Part shown: one piece after another, positions 28,135-39,324 of the stretch
How the letters are laid out: every line of letters begins with the position of its first letter
Position numbering within the stretch: the stretch's first letter is position 1
NCBI GenBank assembly: GCA_002783385.1
Contig: PFFX01000158.1
Coordinates: forward strand, 1-40,757
Length of the DNA: 40,757 bases
Direction: 5' to 3'
Origin: Rhodobacterales bacterium CG15_BIG_FIL_POST_REV_8_21_14_020_59_13
Lineage (GTDB): Bacteria; Pseudomonadota; Alphaproteobacteria; Caulobacterales; Maricaulaceae
Made by a program: the position numbers and the translations under genes
Notes under the pieces: generated by a model
Databases searched by the model: none
The model's input: the letters and a program-made list of their open reading frames with translations, nothing else
Told to the model about the DNA's origin: nothing

Positions 28135-29409
28135 ATGAATGTTCTACGCAGCCTGTTTCTGGCGTTTGTCATCATCCTGTCCGGCATTGCTGCGTCAGAC
28201 GGTTATGCGGACACGCGCCGTTACGCCGCATTTGTTGCAGACGCGAACACAGGCGAAATCCTTCATAGCCGCTTGGCGGACGCCCAACGCTACCCCGCCT
28301 CGCTCACCAAGATGATGACGCTCTATCTGTTGTTTGAGGCAATTGAGTCAGGCGAATTGTCATTAGCCGGTACGCTGACCGCCTCGCGGATCGCCGCCAG
28401 CCAGCCACCGTCCAATCTGAATTTGTCTCAGGGCGATACGATTACCGTGGAAACGGCCATCCGCGCCCTTGTGATCAAAAGTGCCAATGATGTCGCCGTA
28501 GTGGTGGCCGAAGAACTGGCAGAGACGGAGCGCGCATTCGCTGTCGAGATGACCGCTCAGGCACGCGAGCTCGGCCTTGCCAACACAACTTTTCGCAACG
28601 CCTCTGGCCTGCCCAATTCACGTCAGGTGACAACGGCGCGGGATATGGCACGGCTAACACTCGCGCTTCGCCGCGATTTTCCGCAATACATGCATTATTT
28701 CACCGAGCGCAGCTTCACCTATAATGGCCACACCTATCGCTCACACAACAATCTGGTCGGCCGTGTCGAAGGCGTAGATGGCATGAAGACCGGGTATATC
28801 CGTGCCTCCGGTTTCAATATCGCAACCACCGCAATGCGCGATGGCCATCGCCTCGTGGCCGTTGTCATGGGCGGACCGACCGCCGCCTATCGCGATGCGC
28901 ATGCCGAACAATTGATCGACGCCGCCTATCGCTCCCTGGAAAACCGTGAGGCCCTGATCGTCGCGGCTCGCGATCTTACACCGCGCCTCAACCCCATCCG
29001 TGAACAGGATATCATTGCAACCCAGATCGCCGCCCTCGATCTGTCGCCGCCCAGTGCCCAAGGCGATGGCGACACTCTGCCATCGCTACGGATCGAGATG
29101 ACCGATGATATGGGCATGCCGCCCGAAACGACGGCAGGACCTGAAGCTCCGGATATACGGCCCTCGGGCTGGTCAATTCAGGTTGGCGCCTACACCGATG
29201 AAGCAGCGGCGCGGGCCCGTCTCGAGACCGTCCGGGATCTGGCGGACGATCTTGAAACCGCTGCCATGTACACGCCCCGTTTTGACTCCAATGGCCGGAC
29301 GCTTTTTCGTGCCCGCTTTACCGGTGTGGACGCAAGACGCGCCCGTGCTGCCTGCGCCCGTCTTGCTGCCAGAGACGAGCCCTGCTTTGCCATAGCGCCC
29401 GGCGGCTAG
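28135..29409 (+). CDS. D-alanyl-D-alanine carboxypeptidase (S11) with C-terminal SPOR domain
   Basis: Signal peptide; PASLTK (SxxK), SAN and KTG motifs; WSIQVGAY...CARL SPOR domain. Confidence 0.92.
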   Translation: MNVLRSLFLAFVIILSGIAASDGYADTRRYAAFVADANTGEILHSRLADAQRYPASLTKMMTLYLLFEAIESGELSLAGTLTASRIAASQPPSNLNLSQGDTITVETAIRALVIKSANDVAVVVAEELAETERAFAVEMTAQARELGLANTTFRNASGLPNSRQVTTARDMARLTLALRRDFPQYMHYFTERSFTYNGHTYRSHNNLVGRVEGVDGMKTGYIRASGFNIATTAMRDGHRLVAVVMGGPTAAYRDAHAEQLIDAAYRSLENREALIVAARDLTPRLNPIREQDIIATQIAALDLSPPSAQGDGDTLPSLRIEMTDDMGMPPETTAGPEAPDIRPSGWSIQVGAYTDEAAARARLETVRDLADDLETAAMYTPRFDSNGRTLFRARFTGVDARRARAACARLAARDEPCFAIAPGG

Positions 29410-29849
29410 TCATTCAGAAGAACATCCCGAGCCTCGGTCAATCGGCGCGACAACCCGTCTGTCCCGCCGGAATCGGGATGCACCCGTTTCATAAGTTTGC
29501 GATAGGCGGCCCGGATCTCCTCATTGGTGGGCTTGGCGTCCAGTCCAAGGATATCCAGCGCCTCTTCGCGGCTGATCGATTGTGACCCAGGTGAAGAGGA
29601 CGGATTTTCGCGGGAGGGTTTCGGCCGGAAGCCGGCCCCAACCGCCATCAGCCCGATTCCGAATGTTGCCAGCGGCGCGCCCAGAATAGCCAGCCCCCGT
29701 AAAGTCAGAAGCCCACCAAGGATTGCCGCCGCCAGCCCCATAAGGATACGCGACCATCGTGCCGCCTCGGCGGTTTTCATACGGGAAAAGGCGCGGGAGA
29801 CCAGCACCAGAATGACAAGAGCCGCAAAGCCCAGCAGCAGAAAAGGCAT
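29406..29849 (-). CDS. membrane-anchored J-domain (DnaJ-like) protein
   Basis: N-terminal TM helices; EALDILGL...YRKLMKRVHPD.GG C-terminal J-domain. Confidence 0.85.
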   Translation of the reverse strand: MPFLLLGFAALVILVLVSRAFSRMKTAEAARWSRILMGLAAAILGGLLTLRGLAILGAPLATFGIGLMAVGAGFRPKPSRENPSSSPGSQSISREEALDILGLDAKPTNEEIRAAYRKLMKRVHPDSGGTDGLSRRLTEARDVLLND

Positions 29850-30730
29850 CAGAAGGGAATCTTTGTGTCCGCCAGCTCCGGCAACTTAAGGACAGTCAGC
29901 AATTCGCGCAATTCCTGACGAGCGGCGACATGGCTCATGGAGAACGCCACAGCCGAGCCATCTTCGGTCAGATCCAGCAAGGTCAGGCCCAGCGGAAAGA
30001 GTTCACGATAAATCACCCTCTCGGCAAACCCTGGGGCCATTCGGAAGCCAATGCGTTCAGAGAGTTTCTTCAACCCGTCCCCGACGCGGCGCTTGTTACG
30101 AGCATCCAGCTGTGACATGCGATTGCGCATCACCACCCAGTCAATGGAAGTCCTGTCGCGGCCTGCCCGCTTTTTGCGGCAATCCCAGATCATTTCCGAG
30201 TAGACGCTCGGCCGGCCGACCTCAAAGGTCTGCGCATCAATCTCGGCCAGAAGATCAAAATCGACAAAACTGTCATTGACCGGCGTGATGATGGTATCCG
30301 CAACCCCATGCGCCAGGCGGGAATAATAGGTGTCCGACCCTGGTGCATCAATAATGATGAAGTCATGCGCAGGTTTCAGTTCGCTGAAAGCTGCCTGAAA
30401 GCGTGCATCTTCTTCGGCTTCTGCTTCGTCCAGATGCCGTAAAGGGCTGTCTTCCAGACGAATTTCAGTCGGGATTGGCAGCTCGACCTTATAGGTTTCC
30501 ATCCAGGTCCGGCGATTTTGCAGATAGCGGCCAAAGGACCGCTGTCTCAAATCAAGATCAATGACACCGGCCGATTTTCCCATCCGCATCAAGGCGATCG
30601 AAAGATGCATGGCGACCGTGGACTTGCCAGCCCCGCCCTTTTCATTGCCCACGACAATGACATGAGCCCCCTTATTGCGCCGTATCAGACGAAATCGGCC
30701 AGGACGATCAGCTTGCGTCGAGAAATTCAT
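29849..30730 (-). CDS. mipZ: division plane positioning ATPase MipZ
   Basis: VIVVGNEKGGAGKST, DLDLRQ, TPVNDSFVDFDLL, DWVVMRNR and ERVIYRELFP motifs; start uncertain. Confidence 0.93.
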   Translation of the reverse strand: MNFSTQADRPGRFRLIRRNKGAHVIVVGNEKGGAGKSTVAMHLSIALMRMGKSAGVIDLDLRQRSFGRYLQNRRTWMETYKVELPIPTEIRLEDSPLRHLDEAEAEEDARFQAAFSELKPAHDFIIIDAPGSDTYYSRLAHGVADTIITPVNDSFVDFDLLAEIDAQTFEVGRPSVYSEMIWDCRKKRAGRDRTSIDWVVMRNRMSQLDARNKRRVGDGLKKLSERIGFRMAPGFAERVIYRELFPLGLTLLDLTEDGSAVAFSMSHVAARQELRELLTVLKLPELADTKIPF

Positions 30731-30818
30731 GGGAACACCGGATGTTGGCCAAAACTCATGGCCCTTATAGAGCAAGTCCGGTGCCATACCCAACAACTGA
30801 TTCGATTTGTGAGAAATA

Positions 30819-31373
30819 TTACCGGCCCAGCCCGCGGCCCGTAAAATCGGTCACAGCGCACCATCCGCCTGCAGCTTCGATCTGCAGGCAGGCCGATCGC
30901 GCAGCGGCTGCGGTATCAAAAGGTCCGGCCTTCAGGCGCAGGAACACCCCTCTCGATCCGAGATCCGCTTCTTCAAGCCGGGGCGTCCGCGATGTCAGAA
31001 GATCAGGAAACAGCGCCTGCAGCGAGGCCCAGCCGGAGATTGCGTGTTCTTCAGAGCGGTAGGACGCCAGATGAATGGCATGAAACAGGCTGACTCCCCC
31101 TTCCGGGTCCGGCACAACCGGATCGGGCTCCAGTGCCGGTTCGGGCGGCGCGATCAGGCGCAAGGCCAGCGTCCGCATCTCATCCTCAACCCTGTCCAGC
31201 GACGCAGGGTCCTGACGCGAGCGCCGGTCGAGGTCCGCCGCAAGGCGAGACGCCATCTGAGCACTGGGCGTATTTGCAACCGAAGCCATGGCCGGGACCA
31301 CAGGCGATTGACGGGTGGTCATGCAGGCGGTCAGCGACAGGCCAAGCAGGATTATCAGACTGAATCGGATCAT
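30819..31373 (-). CDS. SPOR-domain lipoprotein
   Basis: MIRFSLIILLGLSLTA-C lipobox; AIHLASYRS...FLRLKAGPF...AC...WC SPOR domain. Confidence 0.78.
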   Translation of the reverse strand: MIRFSLIILLGLSLTACMTTRQSPVVPAMASVANTPSAQMASRLAADLDRRSRQDPASLDRVEDEMRTLALRLIAPPEPALEPDPVVPDPEGGVSLFHAIHLASYRSEEHAISGWASLQALFPDLLTSRTPRLEEADLGSRGVFLRLKAGPFDTAAAARSACLQIEAAGGWCAVTDFTGRGLGR

Positions 31374-31436
31374 ATTTCGTGTGTAGCGCGAGTCGCATGG
31401 CTTGCGTCCAGAGCAAAGCCGCATTATCCGCCCTTC

Positions 31437-32303
31437 ATGAGCGAATTATCCTCCCTGCCCCTGGCTGCCACAAACGATCTGTCTGCCTTGCGCAGAACCG
31501 TGGCTGACTGGAAACTGAAAGGCTTACAAGTCGGCTTTGTGCCGACCATGGGAGCCTTGCACGAGGGCCATCTCTCGCTGATTGCGCTGGCAAAGGAAAA
31601 AGCCGACCGCGTGGTGGCCAGTATCTTCGTCAATCCCGCCCAGTTTGCACCGGGTGAAGATTTCGATGCCTACCCCCGAACGCTGGATGCCGATGCAGCC
31701 AAGCTGGCCCATGCGGAATGCGATCTTTTGTATGCACCCGTTGCATCGGACATGTACCCGGACGGCTTTTCAGCCCGGTTGTCTGTCGAGGGACCGGCGC
31801 GCGGCCTAGAAACAGACTTCCGGCCGCATTTTTTCGGCGGCGTGGCCATTGTCGTCGCCAAGCTGTTCAACCGGGTTCAGCCCGATATCGCGGTCTTTGG
31901 CGAGAAGGATTACCAGCAATTTCTGGTAATCCGTCACATGGTCCGTGACCTCGACCTTCCGATAAACATCATTCCCGGGGAGACGCTTCGTGAGCGGGAT
32001 GGTCTCGCTTTGTCTTCACGCAACGCCTATTTATCGGCTCAGGAACGCAGTACAGCTACCAGTCTCAACGAAATTCTGGCTGCTTTTACCGCCGATCTCG
32101 AAAAGGGCATCGATTGGGAAACCGCGCAAGGCAAAGCGCTGGCCAAAGCCGCGAATGTGTTTGACCGCGTGGATTATATCGAGGCCCGTTGCGCTGAAAC
32201 CCTGTCACCCTTACCCGCCGGGCCGGTCCTTCAGCCCGCCCGTGTTCTGGCCGCCGTCTGGCTGGGCAAAACGCGGCTCATCGACAATATGCCCGTGGGC
32301 TGA
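31437..32303 (+). CDS. panC: pantoate-beta-alanine ligase
   Basis: FVPTMGALHEGH, SIFVNPAQF, FGEKDYQQ, GLALSSRN and RLIDN motifs; start MSELS. Confidence 0.96.
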   Translation: MSELSSLPLAATNDLSALRRTVADWKLKGLQVGFVPTMGALHEGHLSLIALAKEKADRVVASIFVNPAQFAPGEDFDAYPRTLDADAAKLAHAECDLLYAPVASDMYPDGFSARLSVEGPARGLETDFRPHFFGGVAIVVAKLFNRVQPDIAVFGEKDYQQFLVIRHMVRDLDLPINIIPGETLRERDGLALSSRNAYLSAQERSTATSLNEILAAFTADLEKGIDWETAQGKALAKAANVFDRVDYIEARCAETLSPLPAGPVLQPARVLAAVWLGKTRLIDNMPVG

Positions 32304-32304
32304 G

Positions 32305-32742
32305 CTACCAAGCCCCGATCTCGATCAGCTTGCGCCGCAAATCCGGCGGCAGGTTTTCACCTCCGGCAGCCGGGTCGCTGATATCCATCGGCGCCTCTTC
32401 AGTCTTGAGATAGCGCCAACCCTGAAAAGGCCGGCGTGTTGCCGGTGACGTCCGGACAATCTCAGGGTCCATCACAATGGCACAGCGGCGGATCCCGTCC
32501 TCACCAACAATCTCGTCGAGCGACAGAATGCGCTGGCGGCACTGGACCACACGTTTGATCACCCAGTAGAGGCTTCCGCCATCCAGAAGTCTTTCGGCCT
32601 GCTTCGGGAACATGCGTGTGACGTGCACCGACTGAATCGGAACGCCACGCGCGCTCTGCTCTTTTGAGCGTTGGATGCGATAGGCTTCCAAGTCTTCAAC
32701 GGTGTCGATACCGACACAGAGTTTGATCAGATGCAGCGTCAT
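32305..32742 (-). CDS. DUF1489 family protein
   Basis: MTLHLIKLCVG, TRMFPK, GGSLYWVIK and RPFQGWRYL motifs. Confidence 0.88.
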   Translation of the reverse strand: MTLHLIKLCVGIDTVEDLEAYRIQRSKEQSARGVPIQSVHVTRMFPKQAERLLDGGSLYWVIKRVVQCRQRILSLDEIVGEDGIRRCAIVMDPEIVRTSPATRRPFQGWRYLKTEEAPMDISDPAAGGENLPPDLRRKLIEIGAW

Positions 32743-32779
32743 GCCGCGAGAGCTAGGACGTTTCTCCTGACCCGCCAAG

Positions 32780-33505
32780 TCACGGCTCGGCATATTCCAC
32801 ATCTGAGAACTCGAACCGCACGGATTGTTGCTGACGTTGAAACAGCGCACTGACATCAACCACAGTCGACATAGATGTCATCACCGGCGCAGGCAGGCCT
32901 TCAAGGGTCTGGAAATTCATGATCATTTCAAACTCATGGATACGGGCGGCCGGGTTGGGCTTGAAACTGGCTGGTGCAAATATCCGGATACGCTCGACTT
33001 GGCCGGAGCTCGCGAGCGCGATTTCTCCGCTCAGATGTTCGGCCATGGAATCTGCTTCATCTGAGTCCGGATCAAGATCCGGGCGGAAAGTGTATCCTCC
33101 GGCGGACGCCTGCTGGACATCACCGGCAATCATCCGCGCGGTTTCAGGCGAGAAAAACAGCCCGCCACCACTGCGAATCGACAAACCTGCTCCTTCATTC
33201 TCCCCACTGTCTTCGTCCGGCGTGTTCATGTCCGTCCACATGGCAGACAACTCATCAGACAAATCATCCGCGCTGGCGGGCGATAAAAGTGTCCAGTCCT
33301 CACCATCTGCCTCGGCACCATCGAACCGGACGTCCATGACGGTCTCATTCATGGAAACCCGCAGGGTGAACCGCCAGAAAGCACCTTCGGGCGCGGCGTA
33401 GCCCATCGCCAATGCATCCGCCAGCGGTTGCGGATAGTTGGAATTGTCGGAGAATGACGGGGCACAAAAACATATTGCAGCCGCAGCTGCAGCCAAAACT
33501 CTCAT
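32780..33505 (-). CDS. secreted acidic hypothetical protein
   Basis: Signal peptide MRVLAAAAAAICFCAPSFS, AGGGA SD, beta-rich mature part. Confidence 0.75.
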   Translation of the reverse strand: MRVLAAAAAAICFCAPSFSDNSNYPQPLADALAMGYAAPEGAFWRFTLRVSMNETVMDVRFDGAEADGEDWTLLSPASADDLSDELSAMWTDMNTPDEDSGENEGAGLSIRSGGGLFFSPETARMIAGDVQQASAGGYTFRPDLDPDSDEADSMAEHLSGEIALASSGQVERIRIFAPASFKPNPAARIHEFEMIMNFQTLEGLPAPVMTSMSTVVDVSALFQRQQQSVRFEFSDVEYAEP

Positions 33506-33579
33506 GCAAATATCCCTTTGTCCGTGAGACACCCCGCCAAGCAAAGGGATAGCTGTGAGCAATCAGATATTCCAGCAGA

Positions 33580-34545
33580 TTATGCGGCGCGGTCACGGAA
33601 ACCCATCGGCGAAGCGGTGTCGATCTCGAACGTCTTTTCGCTTTTCGGCATGGGCTTGTTGTGGCGCCAGATTTTCTTGGCCATCTTGGAAAAGATCAAC
33701 TTCATATAGGCCCCTGCGCCCTGCGCTTCGGAAGACTTGGGATCGAGCCCGAACCGGCGGCGCAAGACGCCATTGGCATGAAGCACACCATTCTTCAGCA
33801 TGGATTCCGGCGTCACCAATTCCATGGTGATCGAAACATTCATGCCCGACAGGTTCTGGACCCGGTGCGGTCCATGCAATGGCCATGAGGTGAACAGGCC
33901 CGGTTCCAGATCGACAGCCTCACATTCATCATCCCAGCCCGGTTCGAAAGGCAGATCCTCGGTCTGCTCCAGGTGCAGGATCGCCTCCATCCGCTCATCT
34001 GTCACATAGGGAGCTTCTGCGGGATAAACCCGGATACGTTTCTTGCCGCGGACATGCCAGAGAATGGTTTCCGAAACGTCCGAATGGATGAAGACCTGTG
34101 CGGTCGGTGAGGAAATCAGAATGCCGCTTTCCGTATTCAATACCTTGTAGCCCGGATTCAGCCGCTTCATGTCGGCCATCATCTGGTCGAACAGGGGGCG
34201 ATACACCGGATCGACGCACATTGCCTCGCGCAGATTGATCCACAGCTTTCCGGCGCGGACCGCCTCCAGCATTTCCATGCCGGAAAGATCACCCGGATCT
34301 CCGGCGCGCCAGCTATCCGCGCCCTCGGCCAGTTCCCCCATCGTGCAGAAATCCGACAGATCCCGCGGATGGCGCTCGATCAGGGCTGCCAGAGCTTCAT
34401 CGGAAAATTCATCGCGTGTGTGCAGATCGTGCTGCCCTACGACCACCTTCTTGCGAAAGCCGGATTGGGCTTCGCTGCCCCATTCCGTGACAATTTTCTG
34501 CGATTTCAGGGTTTCGCCTGTCCCGTTCATGGCCATCTCCATCAT
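33580..34545 (-). CDS. cupin-like/JmjC-type protein
   Basis: LISSP.A.V..HSD...LWHVRGKK...L.PG...WPLHGPHRV; AAGGGA SD. Confidence 0.8.
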   Translation of the reverse strand: MMEMAMNGTGETLKSQKIVTEWGSEAQSGFRKKVVVGQHDLHTRDEFSDEALAALIERHPRDLSDFCTMGELAEGADSWRAGDPGDLSGMEMLEAVRAGKLWINLREAMCVDPVYRPLFDQMMADMKRLNPGYKVLNTESGILISSPTAQVFIHSDVSETILWHVRGKKRIRVYPAEAPYVTDERMEAILHLEQTEDLPFEPGWDDECEAVDLEPGLFTSWPLHGPHRVQNLSGMNVSITMELVTPESMLKNGVLHANGVLRRRFGLDPKSSEAQGAGAYMKLIFSKMAKKIWRHNKPMPKSEKTFEIDTASPMGFRDRAA

Positions 34546-34580
34546 TCCCTTCTGACGAGAGCAAGGATCGGGCCAGCTTC

Positions 34581-34696
34581 ATTTCTCCCCTGCTTGCGGG
34601 GGGGGTCTTGGCCCCGCGAAAGCGGGGCAAGGGCCGAGGGGGGGCTGCCCCCTCCGTCAGCTTCGCTGCCACCTCCCCCGTGAACGAGGGAGGAAA

Positions 34697-34697
<1 letters not shown>
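34581..34697. repeat. palindromic intergenic repeat (CIR/RIME-like miniature element)
   Basis: Imperfect inverted ends ATTTCTCCC...GGGAGGAAAT; internal hairpins (GCCCCGC-GAAA-GCGGGGC); CCCCTCCGTCAGCTTCGCTGCCACCTCCCC arm. Confidence 0.7.
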
Positions 34698-36652
<1,955 letters not shown>

Positions 36653-36653
36653 G

Positions 36654-37451
36654 TCAGGCCTTTCCTGCTTTTGGCGGTCCCGCGCGGTGCACGACCGCGA
36701 CGAGCACAAAACTGATGATCATAAGGAGATACCACGAACCGAGCTTCTGGATAGAGACCGGGCTCCAGTTGACCCCGTCCTGGTGCGGATAGGTCCAGGC
36801 CCGCGCATAGGTGCCGATATTCTCGGCAAACCAGATGAACAGCGCGACCAGCAAGAGACCGATCACCAATGGCATGAAGCGGTGTTTTTCATCCGGCCGG
36901 AACCAGATCACACACGGCCCGTAAATCACCAGGGTCGACAGATACAGGCCCAGACGGATATCGACGGTGAAATGGTGGGTGAAGAAGTTGATATAGATTG
37001 CCAGTGCCAGCAGCCCCTGCAGCCAGAGTGGCGGGAAGCGGTCAAAGCGGAATTCGAAGATGCGCCAGACCCGTGCCAGATAGCTGCCGACGGCCGCATA
37101 CATGAAGCCGGAAAACAGCGGCACACCGGCAATGCGTAAATAGGCCTCCTCCGGATAGATCCATGAACCGGCAGAGGTTTTGAAAATCTCCATCACCGTG
37201 CCGACGATATGGAAAACCAGGATGACCCGCGCCTCCTCCCAGGTTTCAAGCCGCGTGATCAGGAATCCGGCCTGTAGCGCGATGGCAGACAGGGTCAGGA
37301 AATCATAGCGCGGCAGTGGAGCCTCATCCGGATAGAAGAGAAATGTGCCGAGTAGCAGCGCCACCATCGCTCCGCCAAACAGGCAGGCCCAAGCCTGCTT
37401 GATACCGAAAGACACAAATTCGAACACAAAGCGCGTAAACGGTCCCCGCAC
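36654..37451 (-). CDS. DUF817 family membrane protein
   Basis: FGIKQAWACLF, RYD, GTVMEIFKT, PLFSGFMYAAVGSY and WFAENIGT motifs; true start may lie slightly upstream. Confidence 0.85.
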   Translation of the reverse strand: MRGPFTRFVFEFVSFGIKQAWACLFGGAMVALLLGTFLFYPDEAPLPRYDFLTLSAIALQAGFLITRLETWEEARVILVFHIVGTVMEIFKTSAGSWIYPEEAYLRIAGVPLFSGFMYAAVGSYLARVWRIFEFRFDRFPPLWLQGLLALAIYINFFTHHFTVDIRLGLYLSTLVIYGPCVIWFRPDEKHRFMPLVIGLLLVALFIWFAENIGTYARAWTYPHQDGVNWSPVSIQKLGSWYLLMIISFVLVAVVHRAGPPKAGKA

Positions 37452-37523
37452 AAAGGCGGCCCGCCAAGCCTCCCGGCGTGCATGCAGGAAGGCGCGTGGG
37501 TTGCGAAAAATCTCCAGCGGTGT

Positions 37524-38321
37524 CTAGCCTGCCCAGCCCGGCTTGCGCTTTTCAAGAAAGGCCGTGAGCCCCTCCTGCCCTTCCTCGCTGGCGCGGCGAT
37601 GGGCGATGCGTTTGGCGAGGTCATGCATCAGACCCTGATCAATCCTGCGCCCGGCCACATCATCAACCAGTTCTTTCGCATCCGCGATCGCGCCCGGAGC
37701 CGCCCCAAAGCCAAGCTTGACGACATATTCGGCCATATCGTCGAGCTCTTCAGCTTTGTCGACCACATACTGGACGAGGCCAATCATGTGAGCGAATTGC
37801 GCGTCAAAACCCTCGGCCGTTGTAAACAACGCCTTGGCCCATTTCGGACCAATGGCCCGGACCACAAAAGGTGAAATGGTCGCCGGGGTGAGGCCCAGCT
37901 TGACTTCAGAGAAGCTGAACTTCGTGTTTTTGACCGCAATGGCCACATCGCATGCGGCCACCAGGCCGGACCCGCCGCCCATGGCCGCGCCCTGAATCAA
38001 GGCTATGGTCAATTGCGGCAGATGAAACAGCTTGTAGAGCATGCCGGCCAGCGCTTCGGCATCCTCGATATTCTGCTCATGCGTGTATCCGGCCGCATCC
38101 TTCATCCAGCCCATATCTCCGCCCGCACAGAAGACATCGCCCGCCCCGCGCAGCATCACGACCCGGACCCCATCAGTATTGTTTGAAAGAAGGTCGAAGG
38201 TGTCGCTCAACGCATTGATCGTCACACGGTCGAAAGCATTTTTCTTTTCCGGACGATTGATCGTAACCACAGCGAGTTCGCCGCGCGTGACCTCCAGAAG
38301 GACGGGGTTTTCATCAGACAT
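37524..38321 (-). CDS. liuC: enoyl-CoA hydratase (methylglutaconyl-CoA hydratase-like)
   Basis: NRPEKKNAF, FCAGGD, AMGGG.GLVAACD, SEVKLGL.PATISP and EG..AFLEKRKP motifs. Confidence 0.85.
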   Translation of the reverse strand: MSDENPVLLEVTRGELAVVTINRPEKKNAFDRVTINALSDTFDLLSNNTDGVRVVMLRGAGDVFCAGGDMGWMKDAAGYTHEQNIEDAEALAGMLYKLFHLPQLTIALIQGAAMGGGSGLVAACDVAIAVKNTKFSFSEVKLGLTPATISPFVVRAIGPKWAKALFTTAEGFDAQFAHMIGLVQYVVDKAEELDDMAEYVVKLGFGAAPGAIADAKELVDDVAGRRIDQGLMHDLAKRIAHRRASEEGQEGLTAFLEKRKPGWAG

Positions 38322-38349
38322 GGCTGGGCTCCATTATTGCCCACCCCGT

Positions 38350-38718
38350 CTAACGCGTCTCGCGGTAAAAGAAAAACGGGGTGTTGTCCGGATCATAGAA
38401 GCCGAATTCGTAATTGCCCCACGGTTTTTCTTCCAGAGGCGCAGTGATAAATCCCAGACTCTCCCATTCGGCATAAAGCTGGTCCACAGAATCGGTTTCG
38501 ATCCGCAGCGCCATCGTCTGGGTGTAACCGCGCTGCTCGTCGGTGAAGGTCTGCAGGTGTAAAACCAGATCACCGCGCGAGACACCGGCATAGCTCGCGG
38601 CTTCAGGAGGCGAGGCATCGGCAAAATCCAGCGCGAATCCCAGCTTTGACCAGAATGCCAGAGAGCGCTGCATATCGGTGACCGGTAATACAGGATGAAC
38701 CGAATAATGTTCTGTCAT
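38350..38718 (-). CDS. VOC/glyoxalase (bleomycin resistance-like) protein
   Basis: PVLPVTDM..SLAFW..LGF, KPWGNYEF...DPD motifs; GGAG SD. Confidence 0.85.
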   Translation of the reverse strand: MTEHYSVHPVLPVTDMQRSLAFWSKLGFALDFADASPPEAASYAGVSRGDLVLHLQTFTDEQRGYTQTMALRIETDSVDQLYAEWESLGFITAPLEEKPWGNYEFGFYDPDNTPFFFYRETR

Positions 38719-38730
38719 GATGGTCTCCGC

Positions 38731-38766
38731 AAAGAAAAAGCCGCCAACCCGGAGGTCAGCGGCTTT
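38731..38766 (-). terminator. Rho-independent terminator
   Basis: Minus strand AAGCCGCTGACC-TCCG-GGTTGGCGGCTT hairpin followed by a U-rich tract. Confidence 0.8.
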
Positions 38767-38788
38767 CTGTTCCGGTTGTCCCGCAGTG

Positions 38789-39181
38789 TCAGTCGCCGCG
38801 GAAAATCATGCCCTTGATCCCACCCAGGATCAGGATGCCGAAGAAATAGCCGATCGCGAGCGCGCCCGCATACAGCCAGTAATTCATTTCCGTCAGATTG
38901 GCCGTGACAGCACCAAAATCAAAATTGCCCACACCGCCACCGCGGACCATCGGCATGACGATATCCACAATCAGGTGGATAATGGTGGCCACGATCGTAA
39001 AGATCAGAATGGCACCGGCCGACCGCAACAGGATCGCCATGACCAGCGCAATCACACCGAACTGGATCGCCAGCGGCATCCAGTTCACAGATTCGCCATT
39101 ACCTGCATACATCAGCAAGCCTGGCTCGAAAAACGCATATCCCTGGTCAAACCAGCCGCGTAAAGTATCAAGAAAGTCCAT
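38789..39181 (-). CDS. small hypothetical membrane protein
   Basis: 130 aa with about 3 TM segments; GAGGG SD; own terminator. Confidence 0.75.
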   Translation of the reverse strand: MDFLDTLRGWFDQGYAFFEPGLLMYAGNGESVNWMPLAIQFGVIALVMAILLRSAGAILIFTIVATIIHLIVDIVMPMVRGGGVGNFDFGAVTANLTEMNYWLYAGALAIGYFFGILILGGIKGMIFRGD

Positions 39182-39240
39182 GGCGTTTTTCCCCTCGGTT
39201 TCGCCCACGCGCGCATACACTACCCCAGAAAGCGCGCATT

Positions 39241-39256
39241 GTTAAAATATTCTTAG
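39241..39256 (-). promoter_or_regulatory. CtrA-like box CTAA-N7-TTAAC
   Basis: Minus strand CTAAgaatattTTAAC, 60 nt upstream of the membrane-protein ATG. Confidence 0.45.
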
Positions 39257-39324
39257 TAAATTCTGCCGCTGGCAACCCTACTCGCGTGAGAGGGGAAGGA
39301 TTGTCATAATTGTGTCACTAAGGG

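Noticed and set aside
31044-31436. 131-aa N-terminal extension of panC
   Set aside because: Antisense to the SPOR lipoprotein gene; PanC homology starts near MSELS
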